Shown here: positions 24,761 to 38,965 of the stretch, in pieces
How positions within the stretch are numbered: position 1 is the stretch's first letter
Layout: each line of letters begins with the position of its first letter
Assembly (NCBI GenBank): GCA_951406725.2
Contig: OX597826.1
Coordinates: 496,001-560,000, forward strand
From: Octopus vulgaris
Lineage: Eukaryota
DNA: 64,000 nucleotides
Direction: 5' to 3'
Made by a program: the position numbers and the translations under genes
The notes under the pieces: generated by a model
Seen by the model: the letters and a program-made list of their open reading frames with translations, nothing else
Database searches by the model: none
What the model was told of the DNA's origin: nothing

Positions 24761-25833
24761 ATGAAATTTCTTTCATTTTTTCTTCATTTCGCTTTGGCTT
24801 TGTGTTCAGTTCCGCAGTACGGCACCTTGGGCAAGTGTCTTCTGCTATAGCCCCGATTGACAAGTGCCTCGTGTATAAATTTGGTTGATGAAAACCGAGC
24901 AAGTCCATCTTGTGTGTATGTGTGTGTGCGTGTGTGTGTGTGTGTGTGTTGTTGTTGTTGTTGTTGCTGTTGCTGTTGTTAAGCAACAAGACGGGTATGG
25001 GTGATTAGGTGATGGTCAAGGGCTTAGGGGCGGGAGACCCCAGACCTTGGAAAAACAAACTTTGGTCGTCTTGTTGTAGTCGAGGGCTCTTCGTTGACGC
25101 CGCCCGACACCACTGGGAGGTGGCCCTCGAAGTCGCTGGAAAGGGAGATCTCCGGGTCCAAATTCTTGGACGGCTGTGTATGTGTGTGTGTGTGTGTGTG
25201 TGTATGTGTGTGTGTATGTGTGTGTATGTGCGTGTGTGTGTGTGTGTGTGTGTATGTGTGTGTGTACATACGTGTCTTTGACGCCACATTGCTTAACAAT
25301 CGCCGTTGATTTGTTTACATCCTCGTAAATTAATGGTTCAACAAAAAAGCCCGATGAAATAATGATGAAACTTCAAAAAGAAATATATGTATAATTAGTG
25401 TACATTTATACACAAAAGAGGTGACCCTAACAGGACACCGTACATACTAAAAGCAACGGTCAAAGTCTGGACTTTGACTGTTCCTAATATTAAAAAAAAT
25501 TGTTAATCGTGTAAATTGTTAAAAAAAAAACATGTTAAGATTGACTTTCTCGGGGAAGATTAATAACAGTTTGATAAATGTTGAACAATAAAATCCTTTT
25601 TTTAATATTCACTAGAATAAGAATATTCATTGCTTTATCTTCTCTGGCTGGGCGTAACAATAACACGACCAGTATTACGGAAAGTATTTATTAGGAATCT
25701 GGTACGGCGGCACAGCCAATTAGACAAGTAGACAAGTAGACTGTTATATAGTGAAATTCTCATTAGTGGTGACAACATTGTACTTATAACACTCTACTTA
25801 TCTTTCACACGCACACACATACACACACACGCA

Positions 25834-25871
<38 letters not shown>

Positions 25872-26049
25872 TTATCTCCCTATCTCTCGCTCGCTCGCTT
25901 GCTCTCCTAATGCACTTCTCTGTTAACAACACGCTTTTGAGTCTTGTAACAAATTTTGATTCCATCTTTCACATACTCGCTCTTTCACTGTTTATCTCAA
26001 CAACAACAATGACGACGACGACGACAATAACAACAGCAACCAGTTGTCA

Positions 26050-26800
26050 TAGTGAACGTCTTCTTCTTAAAGTCTGGTTTGCGTTGTCTATACTCTCCTT
26101 CATTTTCTACAAAGCTCTTCCATCCATCTAGTAGACGTGCAAACCTCCTCTTCTAAAATTCACTTGTTTGTGGCGAAAAACACTCCGCCAGTACTCTTCT
26201 GACCTCATCTACAGAATTCGTATTTTATCCGTCCAAATGATTTTGAAGACTGAAGAATAAATGATAATCAAATAAAGCCTTGACCGGCGAATATGATGGG
26301 CGGGGCATCGTTTACAATTCAAACCGCTCCAGCCTTTCCAATGTCATCCTCGCTGTATGTGGCCGAGCATTATGGAAGAACACTTTTCGTCTTGAAACCA
26401 AAGATGGTCCTTTTTCTTCTACCGTTGAGTTAAGCTGCTAAAGTTGCTTGCAGCAGATCTTTGTTGTCGTTTGGTTTGCGTTTAAAAGTTCAAAGTGGAC
26501 TAAACCTTTCATATCCCACCAAACAGGTAACAACACCTTATGTGGGTGTAGACCTTCTTCAGCCTGGGGGTGCCAGTGTTTCTCCTTTTCCTACCCACTG
26601 TCTTCGGCGCTTGATATTTTTATAGAGAACCCATTTCTCGTCACAAGTCACTATTTGATCAAAAAAAGGTTCATTCGTGAGATGTGACAAGAAAGAAGAG
26701 CACACATTCATTCTCTACTCGCGATTAGACTCAGACACACACTCACACACACATACACACATGTCCATTCATACGGTTTCAAAAGCGTCAAACATGAATG
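26050..26800 (-). mobile_element. Degenerate mariner transposase
   Basis: - strand HNARPHTA, PSYSP, DYHLFFSLQNHL with stops and frameshifts. Confidence 0.8.
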
Positions 26801-26903
26801 TATTGGAATTCATTATAACGTGGACAATATTCAGAAGCAAAGCGTTTTGCGCAATTCGTTCCATTTTTATTGTCATTGGCATTTGTGTGCGTGTGTAATT
26901 GTG

Positions 26904-26957
<54 letters not shown>

Positions 26958-27659
26958 TGTGTGTGTTTGTGCGTGTGTGTATTAACGAATGAAAGTTTAT
27001 TTTCTCTAATAATTAGAAATTAGGTTAATATATTGTACGATAACACAATATCGTACTGATATTTGCAAAATATAACAACACACACATTGTCATTGCTTAC
27101 CGAAGCTGTTAATGAAATCTCAGAAATATCTTGCTCGGTATATAAAGGAAGGATTATGTATTAATCGGTTAATTAAAATATAAAAAAAACATTTGCTTTA
27201 TTCGCCGTGGGATTATGGTCTTGTTTTTATGTTTGGGTGTATGAAAAGTATTAAATATCATGTGAGCGAAAAGTACAAAGTTTTTGGCTCATGGGAATAC
27301 ACTGGTCTCTGTTTCACCGCAGGCAAAGCGTTATGGCCCCTATTTTAACTATCTCAGCTTCAGCATTAGCCCCAGTTGACTAAACACGCCACCGTCTCCA
27401 TTTAACACTGTATGGACTCAACAAATGGCTGAGGGGAAATTTTCTGGGAAGAGTATTTGGTATACAAAAGGCAAATGTGGCATTATCTCACACATGTTAA
27501 GATAGTATGTTTTTTTAAAGGCTGTTACTTATTCTAACGGTCTCGTTTGCTGAACCGCTAGTTTGTGGAGACATAAACAAGCCAGCATCGTTGGGAATCG
27601 GTGAGGCATAAACATATACACGTACACACACAAACATAAAAATAAGCACAGGCACACAC

Positions 27660-27707
<48 letters not shown>

Positions 27708-27711
27708 ATAC

Positions 27712-27762
<51 letters not shown>

Positions 27763-28199
27763 TCATTATCTAACTAGATTGGCATATAACAACAACATGG
27801 CAGCCGACGCTCAAGGCCTTTAGTGAGACACAATTTTATTGGTATACCTGATCAGACCCAGTCTGCAAAATCGATGCAACACATTTTACCATCGAGTTTC
27901 CTGAACTAATTGGTTTCTGCGCAGCAGATTTTGAAAACTTAGGATGTATAAACAAGAGGCACACAGTTGAATGCCTCGTGTTTTATATATTACATCTAAT
28001 ATATGCCTGTTGAAGAAGATTTCACCTAGCGAATATTATTTATTTGCTAAACTAAAATCAGAAACAAATTAGTCCAGGAAACAATTCTTGTCGAATGTTA
28101 TCCCTAATTTTGTGGTTATAGAACCTAGCTGTTCTTTCTAGCTTGTTGAATCCCACGAGTGGATTCCGTGTGTTTAAATGTACACTGTATTATATATAT

Positions 28200-28287
<88 letters not shown>

Positions 28288-28717
28288 GGAGAATTCACAA
28301 AAAAACAACAGAAAGGGACACAGAAAGAAACAAGGAGAGAAAATAAAGAACGTGTAGTGGCTAGCGAAACACACACGCACACACCCCATACACATATACA
28401 CATGCACACACACACACATACACACGTACACATACATACATATGCTAATCATCATATATATATATATATTCTTTCTTTTATTCTTTTACTCTTTTACTTG
28501 TTTCAGTCATTTGACTGCGGCCATACTGGAGCACTGCCTTTAGTCGAACAAATCGACCCCAGGACTTATTCTTTGGAAGCCTAGTACTAATGGTATCGTT
28601 CTCTCATGCCGAACTGCTAAGTTACGGGGTCGTAAACACACCAGCGTCGGTTGTCAAGCGATGTTGGGGGACAAACACAGACACACAAACATATACACAC
28701 ACATACATATATATATA

Positions 28718-30120
28718 TGAAAAAACAAGTCAAAAATAGAAAATGCTAAGATGATTTTATAGTGAATCTTTCAGTACCGGTTTCGGTCATTTTGAGACCT
28801 CTTCAGCTGTAACGATTAAATAATTAAATTTAGAAAAATTTAGAAAAATTAGAAGAAACGTTTTTTTAAAGGAATACTTCCATAGTAGTGTTCAGATATA
28901 GGTGGCATTCTGCCTTTCTCTGACTCCCTTGTTTGCACTTGTGTATTCGAGGTCGTTGTGAGTTCTTGAGGGGGTGGGAGTGGGAAAATTTGGGCTGGTC
29001 AGTGGCGACCGGCAGTCGCTGCGTAGGCGTTATACTTAAAGACATTAGTGATAAGGTTAAGGGGTAGAAGGTGGAGAAGTAGAAGAAGAAGAAGAAGATG
29101 ACGGTGTTGATGATGATGATGATGATGAAGAAGAAGAAGGAGAAGGAGAAGATGACGATGATGATGGTGGTGATGACGTTGACGACGATGATGATGATAA
29201 TGATGATGATGAAGAAGAAGAGGAAGAAGAAGAAAAACAACAGAGAAGGGAGAATATGAATGGGTGAAGATATAGCTGTGATGGGGCGATTAGTAATGGA
29301 TTCTATGGAATGTAATATTTGTGTGTGTATATATATTTCTTTTATTCTTAAGTTGAGGTATATTAATTGTTTGTCGTAGACCCGTTAAGAAGTGGCCTGT
29401 ATTTTATAATAAATAGATTTTCTTTACTTATTCGTTGTCTCGAGGTTGTATCGTCCCTAAATTGGTAGAGGGGAAAATTCTGAAGTTTGGTGTTTTTTTG
29501 TTGGCGCAAGTATCTATGTGTTGGCTAAAAGCTATTTTTCTGTTTTGGGGAATTTTTATCTGGGATCTGTGCAGGGCCATTCGTTTACGCAAACCATTTT
29601 TTGTTTGGCCTATGTACTGCTCTTGACACCCGGAGCAGGTTAGTGAGTATATTAGGTTCTCCGAAGCACATGTGAAGTTGCTTTTCACTGTAAACCGTTG
29701 TCCCTGTTTGAAGGAGAACTCTGAACCCTCGATTAGATAGTCGCATATCCCGCAATTGGGTCTTCCACATTTTTTTACTGTCGGCTTCTGTGTTGAAGAG
29801 TGAATTCGGGCTTGTGTTAGGAGACTTTTCATGGATCTAGGCTGTCTTTTGCTTTTTATGATCGTGTGTGTTTGGAGGATTGTGTTCATTCTGTGGTCTT
29901 TTTTTAGGAGGGGTATGTTGTGGAGGATGGTGCCGAAGGCTTCGTTATTGAGAGGGTTGTGTGTGGAGATGTATGGTAAGGCTTTTGGTTGTAAGTCTTT
30001 CTTTGATTTGGGATGTCTCAGTTCCTTGATGTTAAGTTGATGTTAAGTTGAATGCACTTGTCAGTAAGTGAAGGTGGATAGTTCCTGGTGATAAGGGTAT
30101 CTTTTAGTTCTTGTAGTCGA
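28718..30120 (-). mobile_element. Penelope-like element 3' part (GIY-YIG endonuclease, Neptune/Naiad-type architecture)
   Basis: KCGRPNCGIC zinc motif and NLIYSLTCSGCQEQYIGQT; 3' UTR with hammerhead; closely similar to 44040-46267. Confidence 0.9.
28769..28812 (-). ncRNA. Minimal type I hammerhead ribozyme at the PLE 3' end
   Basis: cag-CTGAAGA-ggtc(tcaaaat)gacc-GAAA-ccgg-TA-ctg; palindromic stem III ACCGGT. Confidence 0.85.
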
Positions 30121-30970
30121 TACGACGGGCTTCTTTCAGTTTCCGTCTACCAAATCCACTCACAAGGCATTGGTTGGCCCGAGGCTATAGTAGAAGACAC
30201 TTGCCCAAGGTGCCACGCAGTGGGACTGAACCCGGAACCATGTGGTTCGTAAGCAATCTACTTACCACACAGCCACTCCTACGTCTAACCATCATGTATT
30301 TTTTAATATATGTTTGTATGTCGTGTAAGCGTTTAATATACATATTTGTCCGTTTGTGTGAGTGTGTTAATGTATTTGTGTGTGTGTGTGCTTCTTTTTC
30401 TTTTCTTCCTTATTCTGTTCGAGGAGGAACGTTGTGTTATTAAAAGAATTTAACAATAAGAAAATGTGTCTAGTGCACCAGACCATAACAGTCGGAGGGC
30501 TCCAGAGAATGTTGTGCATGTATTGTATCTGCCGGGTGTGTAAACGTCGAGGCAGTCAATTGAACGCGTTTGCTTTTAAGGAAATATAGATTTAAAGTTC
30601 AATTGGATAAGAAGACCGAGAAGAAGAGTCGGGCGTTGATGGAGTTCGTTCGGCTGCGATGAAACATTCTTCTTCCTCTCTCACGAGACCAACTTTTTGC
30701 AAACTCTTTATCGTTGATCTTTTACGTCGATACCCGGATGGGAGCCATCCATTGTGTTTGTATCTGATAGCTAAATTTTTGTGCTCTATAATACACACAC
30801 ACACACGCACACACACAAGCCCACACACAGATGCGTGTGTGTATGTGTGTGTTTAGACCTATCTACCAACAGCAAGAAATTTTCTCAATTACCAAATACA
30901 ATAAATGTTTTTTCTTACGGGTCCCAGTATGCCTACAGCATATTTCAAGTGGTAATACATACACACATAT

Positions 30971-31037
<67 letters not shown>

Positions 31038-31122
31038 CAAATTTACAGAAAGCATAAGACGAAGACAGGTGAAGGAACAATAAGCAGACGTATTAGCTAA
31101 CGCTGAAGAAGAACGGAAAAGT

Positions 31123-31158
31123 CTTTGACGTTTCGAGCCTATCCTCGTCGACAGAAAG
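31123..31158 (-). ncRNA. Hammerhead-like motif with variant core CUGUCGA, in a ~180-bp element within (TA)n
   Basis: cttt-CTGTCGA-c-gag(gatagg)ctc-GAAA-cg-TC-aaag; related copies at 42318-42352 (-) and 63491-63526 (+). Confidence 0.55.
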
Positions 31159-31217
31159 GATTGAGAGGGAAAAAAACGGAGAGAAAAAATGTGTAGGGAT
31201 TAACGCGTTAACTTGTT

Positions 31218-31307
<90 letters not shown>

Positions 31308-31321
31308 AGAGAGAGAGAGAG

Positions 31322-31400
<79 letters not shown>

Positions 31401-31579
31401 AAGATAGATATGGTCTGAGTTCAAATTCAGCCAAGGTCGATTTTGCCTTTCATCCTTTCAGGGTCGATAAAAAAAGGACCACTTGAGCACTAGGGTTGAT
31501 TCCGTTGACTTGCCCCTCCCCCGCCCCCACCAAAAAGAAAACCGCTGACATTGTTCTAAAATTTAAAACCAATATGTGT

Positions 31580-31651
<72 letters not shown>

Positions 31652-31744
31652 ATCCAAACAAGAAAACACAGAAAAAAACACAGCAACGCGAGAACGTGGA
31701 ACAATTAAAGTATTATTTGACGCTCAGGAAAGAAGGGAAGGAGG

Positions 31745-31779
31745 GTTTAACGTTTCGAGCGGAGCTCTTCGTCGGAAAC
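31745..31779 (-). ncRNA. Hammerhead-like motif with variant core CCGACGA, in a ~215-bp element within (TA)n
   Basis: gttt-CCGACGA-a-gagc(tcc)gctc-GAAA-cg-TT-aaac. Confidence 0.55.
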
Positions 31780-32424
31780 AAGGAGAAGGAAAGATCCCGA
31801 GAAGGGAAGACAGAAGAAAAAAATATATTTGCTGGTGGTGCTCAAGAGATCACATGTTGAAACTATATATATATATATATATATATTGAAGGTTGTAAAT
31901 CTTATGTGTGTTTGAATGTGCTTCGAGCCAGTAGTATTGACGTTGGAATAACTTCTATAATATTATGTTAATGCTATAGTTTATCGGCTTTTATTCTTGG
32001 AACGCTTACAAGCTACAACCACCTTCAAGGTTGAATTCGATAGTGCCAGCCAAAGCACTGCAAAACTCTGTCAGATTTAGACACAAGGCCAGCAATATTT
32101 AGAATGAGATGGGGGTGGAAGTGTTCCCACTGAATTTTTTCACTGAGCATGTGTACATATAATTGCATTGTGTTCAAATTTTGTCATTCTTTGCAAAATA
32201 TATGTCCATCCATGCGTGCAACCATCGGCCAAATTCCTGCAATTAAAAAATCAGATTTCATCTTGAAAAGCAGGTAGGTTAAGCTGAACACTAGGAAGGG
32301 AGTCAGAATATGCCATCGGCCTCAGCACTTCTCTTATACTTTATTACATCAACCGCGGAAAAATTAGAGGTTATGTTGGCCTCGGCAGGATTTGAAATCA
32401 GTCAGTAAAGAGCCGGAAGAAATA

Positions 32425-32820
32425 TCTATTTCTTTACTACTCACAAAGGGCGAAATACAGAGAGGACAAATAAGGACAGACAAACGGATTAAGTTGATTG
32501 TATCGACCCCAGTACGTAACTGGTACTTAATTTATCGACCCCGAAAGGATGAAAGGCAAAGTCCACCTCGGTGGAATTTCAACTCAGAACGTAGCGGCAG
32601 ACGAAATACCTATTTCTTTACTACCCACAAGTGGCTAAACACAGAGAGGACAAACAAGGACAGACAAACGGATTAAGTCGATTACATCGACCCCACTGTG
32701 TAACTGGTACTTAATTTATCGACCCCGAAAGGATGAAAGGTATAGTCGATCTCGGCGGAATTTGAACTCAGAACGTAACAGCAGACGAAATACTGTAAGG
32801 CATTTTGTCCGACGATTTAA
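32425..32820 (-). mobile_element. SINE family A dimer
   Basis: Two units joined at GAAATACCTATTTCTTT (about 32605). Confidence 0.85.
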
Positions 32821-32864
32821 AGAATTTTGCCAATCCACAAAGAATTTGATTACCTAAACCACCA

Positions 32865-33110
32865 ATGATAGGGAATAACCCAACCGCCACTTGGTCAATT
32901 TGTTGTCCGCTACTCTTCCAACACAACCAACTGCGTTCTGCGGTCCGCAATAGAATCTTACTATTAATTTATTCCATCGAGCATGTTGATCGATCTGAAA
33001 TAAGCGTCCGTTCTTCGATAAACCTAGTTCCAGATTCCAGTAGGATCAATAAGTATGCTGGAATAAAGCGGTCAATATCTAGAACATTAAGATCTGCCCG
33101 ATTCGATTAG
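32865..33110 (+). CDS. Possible divergent member of the short basic ORF family (copy C)
   Basis: IYSIEHVDRS and KYAGIKRSISRTLRSARF resemble LYLPDHLDR and KKAGKKLRRFFSRTILRSSRV of the 56857 ORF. Confidence 0.3.
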   Translation: MIGNNPTATWSICCPLLFQHNQLRSAVRNRILLLIYSIEHVDRSEISVRSSINLVPDSSRINKYAGIKRSISRTLRSARFD

Positions 33111-33242
33111 TTATTGCTATATGTTCCGCTGGAACATCACCCACGCCACGTCTACGCTCGAACAAAACACATTGAAGAGATAACAACAAAGATAACAACA
33201 ACAGTATTAATTGCCAGAAACAATAACTATGTTGCAATAATG

Positions 33243-33313
<71 letters not shown>

Positions 33314-33582
33314 TAATTATGTTTATTGGCCACAAGGGCTGACACACATGATTAGAAAACATAAAGGGACAAAACAGGACGAAAGGTTACAAAGGGTTTT
33401 GTCCGTTTGTGAAAAAATCGTGTAAAAACAGTGTAACAACGAAAATATTTAACAATGAAAAACTCCCAATAGGGGGAGGCGCTTCGAAAGGTTCCTGGTG
33501 GAAAAAACCATAAAAGCCAACGGGAGCCTGGTCAAAAAGTGGGGTAGAGAGCCCCTTTCTCCTTTTTTAAAACCTTTTTCAA

Positions 33583-36500
33583 TCACAGGCGAAACCTGAG
33601 AATTGGTCCATTTACACTGGCCATTCTTGCACAATTCACCCACCTTTCAGAAAACTTGCTATCGGACAGCACTCTCCTCTCTAACCTCATCTTCCTTTTC
33701 AAGTGAAATTTGAAAAAGTTGATGAGGCCTTGACCAAAGAGGAAAGTGTCAGACTTTAGCCCTTTCAAACGGGTCCACCATACAACCTCTTTCGCCACAG
33801 CCACTAGGCACAGGAAAACGGCCTCGCCCTCCTTGTTAAAGGAGGTCGGTGGGGCAATCTTCACTATGGATTCAGCTGATAGCCGTCCTATACGTGACAG
33901 TAGCTGTTCGACATAAACCCATAGTTCAGCAATACTCGGGCACTGGACGTGTGCGTGCAGAACGGTTTCGTCATCCTGGCAACACCTCGGGCAGGCCCGG
34001 CTGACGGCACTTCCGTGCCGGTCGAGTTTATCCCGAACAGACAGAGCCCTTCGGTAGCACTGCCAGGCGAGCGACCTCTGGAAATTATCCATTGGCCCCG
34101 GCTGAAAGTCCTTCCGAACAGACCGCTCAGTTCGTTATCATCAACGCCTAGAGTTTCCCCGAGAACGTCGTCGCATTTTTCCTCCACTAACCCTCTATAG
34201 AACGCTAGAGTGGAACTAAAACCGATCGCATTGCCCGCCTGGCGGAGGGCGGAGAGAGCTTGACGGCACTCAAGGTGCCCAGCGCCCTTTCTCGGTCTAC
34301 GTTTGATCCAGGTCTGCAGCTCTGTCAAAGAGACGAGCTGTGGAAAGACGACCACACCTGTTCACCGTCTAGGAAACGCTTGAGATGTCGCAGCCTGAGC
34401 GCATGTTTACGCATCAGTAACCACGGCATGCCAAGGCCTCTGTTCAGCGGTCGTTGACAGCAGATGGATCGCCTGACCATTGGCACCTGACCCTTCCACA
34501 AAAAGTCGAAGAGCAGGCGTACCAGCTTGGCCAACCAGCGGTCGGGACAAGGGACGACGGTCAAGCGGTAATAGATGACGGATGCGATGTACGCATTCGC
34601 CACCTCCGCTCGACCTTTCAGGGACAGCTTCCTCTCGGCCCATTTCTGGGTGAGACGTTCCACCCTGCTCGTCACTTCTTCCCAGTTTTTATCCACCTGG
34701 AGGTCCGGACCGAACCAGACCCCGAGCAGTTTAACGGGTCCGTCTGTCCAGCGCCCTACGACGCTGTTGGACGGCATGGGCTTGCCTCTCCAGGAGCCCA
34801 GTTGCAAGCCCACAGACTTTTCCGCGTTAATCTTTGCCCCTGTCACCGCTGCGTACTCGTTTAGTGTCTTGCCAATCAGGTCAATGTGCCTGTGGCTCGA
34901 CACCATCACGGTGACGTCGTCGGCATAGGCAGACACGCTGTTTCCACCTCCTAGATCGCGTGGGATACCCCTCAAAGCCTCCAACTTGCGCAGTAATGGC
35001 TCGAGAGTCAATATGTACAAGAGGGAGGAGAGAGGGCATCCTTGGCGGACCGAACGCGAGATGTCAAACGGTTCCGAAAGGTGACCGTTTACCCGTATCA
35101 CCGAGCAGATGTTGCTGTATAAAGCAGCGATCCACCCGCGGAAGACTGGACCGAAGCCAGCTGCCTTGAAAACAGCTGCCAGGTACCGATGGTCGACTCT
35201 ATTGAAGGCTTTACTCTGATCTAAATTGATCAAAGCCCCACCCGCGCCAGCGTCGTTACCCACCCTCTCTATGATGTAGCGCATGAGATGGAGGTTGTCG
35301 TGTATCGATCTGGTCGGCACGGCGCATGTCTGCGTCTTGCCAACCAGCTTGTCCACGACCAGCGCCAATCTCTTGGCTAGCACCTTGGCCAAAATCTTCA
35401 ACTCTGCATTGAGCAGAGTGATGGGCCGAAAATTCCCTATAATGTCCCCCTTATTTGGGTCCTTTTTTAGCAAAGCCACCAACCCTCGACAGACAAAAGC
35501 AGGAATTCTCCCGTTTTGCTGCCAGTTGCAGTAGACGTTTGCCAACAGGCCCGCAAACAAGTCTGGCATTGAAGTGTAAAGCTCGTAGGGCAGACAATCC
35601 AAACCCGGCGATCTACCTCTCGTGCAACTCTTCATCACTTCCTCCACTTCCCAGGCAGATATCGGTCCTTCGCAGCACTCTGCCTCGCTGTCCGAGAGTT
35701 GCGGTAAGCCGTCCAGGTACACACCGAAGTCTGTACCGTTGTCCGTTCCACCGCTCGTCCCAAACAGTTGAGCAAAGTGCCGCTGAAACACCGCACACAT
35801 CTGCTTCGGTTCGGTAACCTCGCGCCCGTTCTGGTCCACCAAAAACCGAATGGTTGCTTTGTTGCCTCGCTTCGCCTCCGCCACGCGGGCCCATCGAGCG
35901 GCTCTAGTCCTCTCCCCGCTTAGCGAACGTGCCTTAGCTCTGACAACGCAGCCTTCGTGTTTGGTGTCAAAGTGTTGGTCGAGGGCCAATCTTGCCGCCA
36001 ACACGTCGGTCGCGATGCCAGTTTCAAGAGCCTCGTCTAGTTTCTTAACTAAATCCCGCTCTCTCTTCCTACGTTCAATAGCTAGAGTCTTACTAAACCT
36101 AATCGACTCTACTCTAATTGCTCTCTTGAGGGCAAACCACCAGTTGTTGTTGATGATTGCCCCCGTGAGCGCCCGCTTAACTAGTAAACTAATCCGGTCT
36201 CTGTAAGCTTTGCACGCCGTTAACGACGCGTTCAGCTTCCGGTAGCCGGGTCCCTGTCTATGTAGCCTATCTAAGTCGACTAATTTGTGGTCCGTATAGT
36301 CGACTAGGTGGAATTGTGGACATCCTACGCTGTCCTTATTCGCTGGCCTACAAAACACTCTATCTAAGTACGATCTAGACGACCCGATGCGATTGGTCCA
36401 AGTCCACATTGGCACATTCGGGTTGTTTAGTCGAAACCTGTCGGACAGCTGAAAGCGGCCGAGTAGGTTGGCGAGGCTCTTGCACCCTCCTCCTCTCCTA

Positions 36501-36979
36501 TCAGGCGCTCCCCTGCCCACCCGATCGAAACGTTCGTCTAAGACAGCGTTCCAATCCCCAACTAGCACTAGAGTGCGTGACGTTCCCAGGAAAACTTCCA
36601 GACGTTTGAAATAATCCGACTGCCCTGCTCCTGTTGGAGCGTAGGCAGCCAGCAGTCTGAAAGCACCGCCGTCACTACCGTCTACGTCGAGGACCACCAA
36701 CTTACCTTCTGGATCCAGGAAGACTGTCCTTATTTTCAAGTCCAGGCTCTTCCGAAACAACACATCAGTACCACCATCGCCCGCTCCCGGCCGACACGGA
36801 GATGGAAAGATCTCGTATCCACCGAAAAGGGCTGCGAGTTCCTGCGGGTCGGAGAGCCTGGTTTCACTAATGACTGCTACATCCACATCATGAAACCTCA
36901 GGTCGTTTAACAGGTGACCCTGTTTCCAAGGTGACCCGAGGCCTCTCACATTCAAGCAACCGATTCTAAGTTTTGCCAT
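33583..36979 (-). pseudogene. Tx1 ORF2 (APE + RT + C-terminal zinc motif), frameshifted near 34340 and 34090
   Basis: LNVRGL, ISETR, VGDWN, SYLDR, TDHK; NFRPITLLN, DQSKAF, VRQGCPLS, YADD; CPRCCQDDETVLHAHVQC. Confidence 0.92.
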
Positions 36980-37092
36980 GTTTCAAAGGTGACAAAAAAT
37001 AAAAGGAGAAAAAGGCTCTACTTACTGTTGTTGGTGGTGGGGGTGGTTCCCTTGTGCTTTTGCACGGGTGTTTCTACAATATTTTTATAAAG

Positions 37093-37772
37093 TTACTTTG
37101 AGAAACTTCTCCCTAACGATCCGACATCGTTAGGAAATATTTGTTTTATGTCACTGTATGTCTTTTGGTTTATTTTAATGGTGAGAATGTGTGCTGGTGG
37201 TGTGTTGTGTGTTGGTATAATGAAATCTGTAATGTTTGTGCTTGTGTTGTCTTTTATATATGAAACGAGTTTTTCATTTTTTGTGTTTTTGGCTGTAATC
37301 GTGTCTGTGTGTGTTGGTGTGTGTGGCAGTGGCAGTAGTGGTGTCGAAAGTGTTGTTGTGAGTGTGTGTTGTTGTTGATGTTGGGAATCACTATTTGTTC
37401 GTGCTTCCCCTTTGTGTCTTTTTGCCTTTTCCTCCTCTTCTTCTTCGGAGGCACTGTGTGCCATTCACCTTTCTCGGTATCAGTGCTCGCACAATCCGAG
37501 CTGTCCTGATCCGGAATGGGGATGGCTGTCGGGTCCGCTTCAGCAGCAGGGTGACAAATTGTTGGTTCTGCTGGTAGTGGTGGTGTTGCTGTATCTGTTG
37601 GTGATGGTGACGGTGTCGGTGATTCTTCTTCTTCCTTTTTTTTGTTGTTGATTTTCTTGGTGCTAGGGTTGGTGTTGGTTTGGTGGTTGGAGGTGGTGTC
37701 GTTCATCGTGGTGGTGGTGGTGATGGTGTTGGTGGTGTGGCAGCCTTTGGTGTTTCTTGCTGTTGTTGTTTC

Positions 37773-37809
<37 letters not shown>

Positions 37810-38965
37810 GCTGCTACTGCTGCTGCTGCTGCCTCTTGCCGTCTGCCTCCATTCTTTTTTTGTAAATGAGGCAGTCCCTTTTTAGGTGGCTTTCGCTGCT
37901 GCAGAGGTAACATTTTGGCTTTCGCTCCTCCACAGCAACGTGCAGCCTGGTTCCGTCCGGCAAATTTACCGAGTCAGGTATGGCATTAATGTTTTCCTGC
38001 TGGATTTGTACCAGCAATTGAACTCCCATACCTGACCAGTTTTTTTCCCTCACTCTTCGTACATCTAGAATAGTGGCAGTGTCCTCTATTTCATAGAGGA
38101 CAGCCGCCACCAGCCATGATATATTTAGTTCGGGGGGTACTGTGTCGATTTTTATTTTTTGGACCCTCCGCCCGACATATGTTGGAACAAGGAACAAATT
38201 TTCATTTTGCAAGGGCGAAATGGCATGCGCCCTTGCATCCTCCTCTGTTGGGAAGCGAACCTCCACGGTTCCGAAACGCTTCGTTCTGGTAACATAGCTC
38301 TTTCTGCCCCATATGGGCTTCAAAGCTATTTCCAATTTTTGGGGTGTTGCGTTGATTACTCTTTTATTTTTCTTGTCGACAACCTTGTAAAGTATTGTTT
38401 TCTTGTTTGTGTCATGTATGAGTTGTTGAGGTGTATTGAGGAAAACACTGTTTCCCTCTTTTCTCAACAACTCCTTTGCGCTTTTTATTAGGTCCATCGT
38501 AACTTTTACTTCCTCCAAGTTTTCTTTTGCAGCGGAGGCGAAATTGCTACGATGGCTTGTTGTGTTGTTGCTGGTCGTGGTGTTGGTGTGGCTGCTGGTC
38601 ATTTTCTTTGTTTCTTTCTCCGGTACTGGAGCACTGGTGGAAGGAAGAGAAGGAAAATCTTCGTTGACATCAAAGGTGACGCCATCGTTGTCGCTTTTCT
38701 TTGCAACGGTCTTTCTTCCGTCCTTCTCCAGTACTGGAACACTGGTAGAGGGAAGAGGAGGGAAATCTTCGATGACGTCAAAAGTGACGCCTTCGTTTTC
38801 ATTTTCATTTGGAACGTTGCCGCGTTGACACGTTCCATCGAAATATTTTGTTTGCCTTTTAAGGCAAGAAATGGGCGGTTTGGAGAAATGTTCAAATCAA
38901 TTCTTTCTTGTGGCGGGGGGGGGGGGCCGAAGAAGGGAACAGCCAACTGTTCTCTTCGACATTTT
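37093..38965 (-). pseudogene. Tx1 ORF1 (gag-like), frameshifted
   Basis: CYLCSSESHLKRDC knuckle in 37814-38602; ~108-bp internal duplication (GVTFDV.EDFP.LPSTS); C-terminal WHTVPPKKKRRKR; frames broken in a CAA microsatellite. Confidence 0.75.

Larger units (their letters stand above)
28470..30285 (-). mobile_element. SINE family B split by a PLE insertion at its internal (TA)n
   Basis: Tail half 28470-28717; head half 30121-30285. Confidence 0.85.

Noticed and set aside
30592-30780. Protein-like unique stretch (also 27850-28010)
   Set aside because: No homology within the window, no convincing splice sites or motifs
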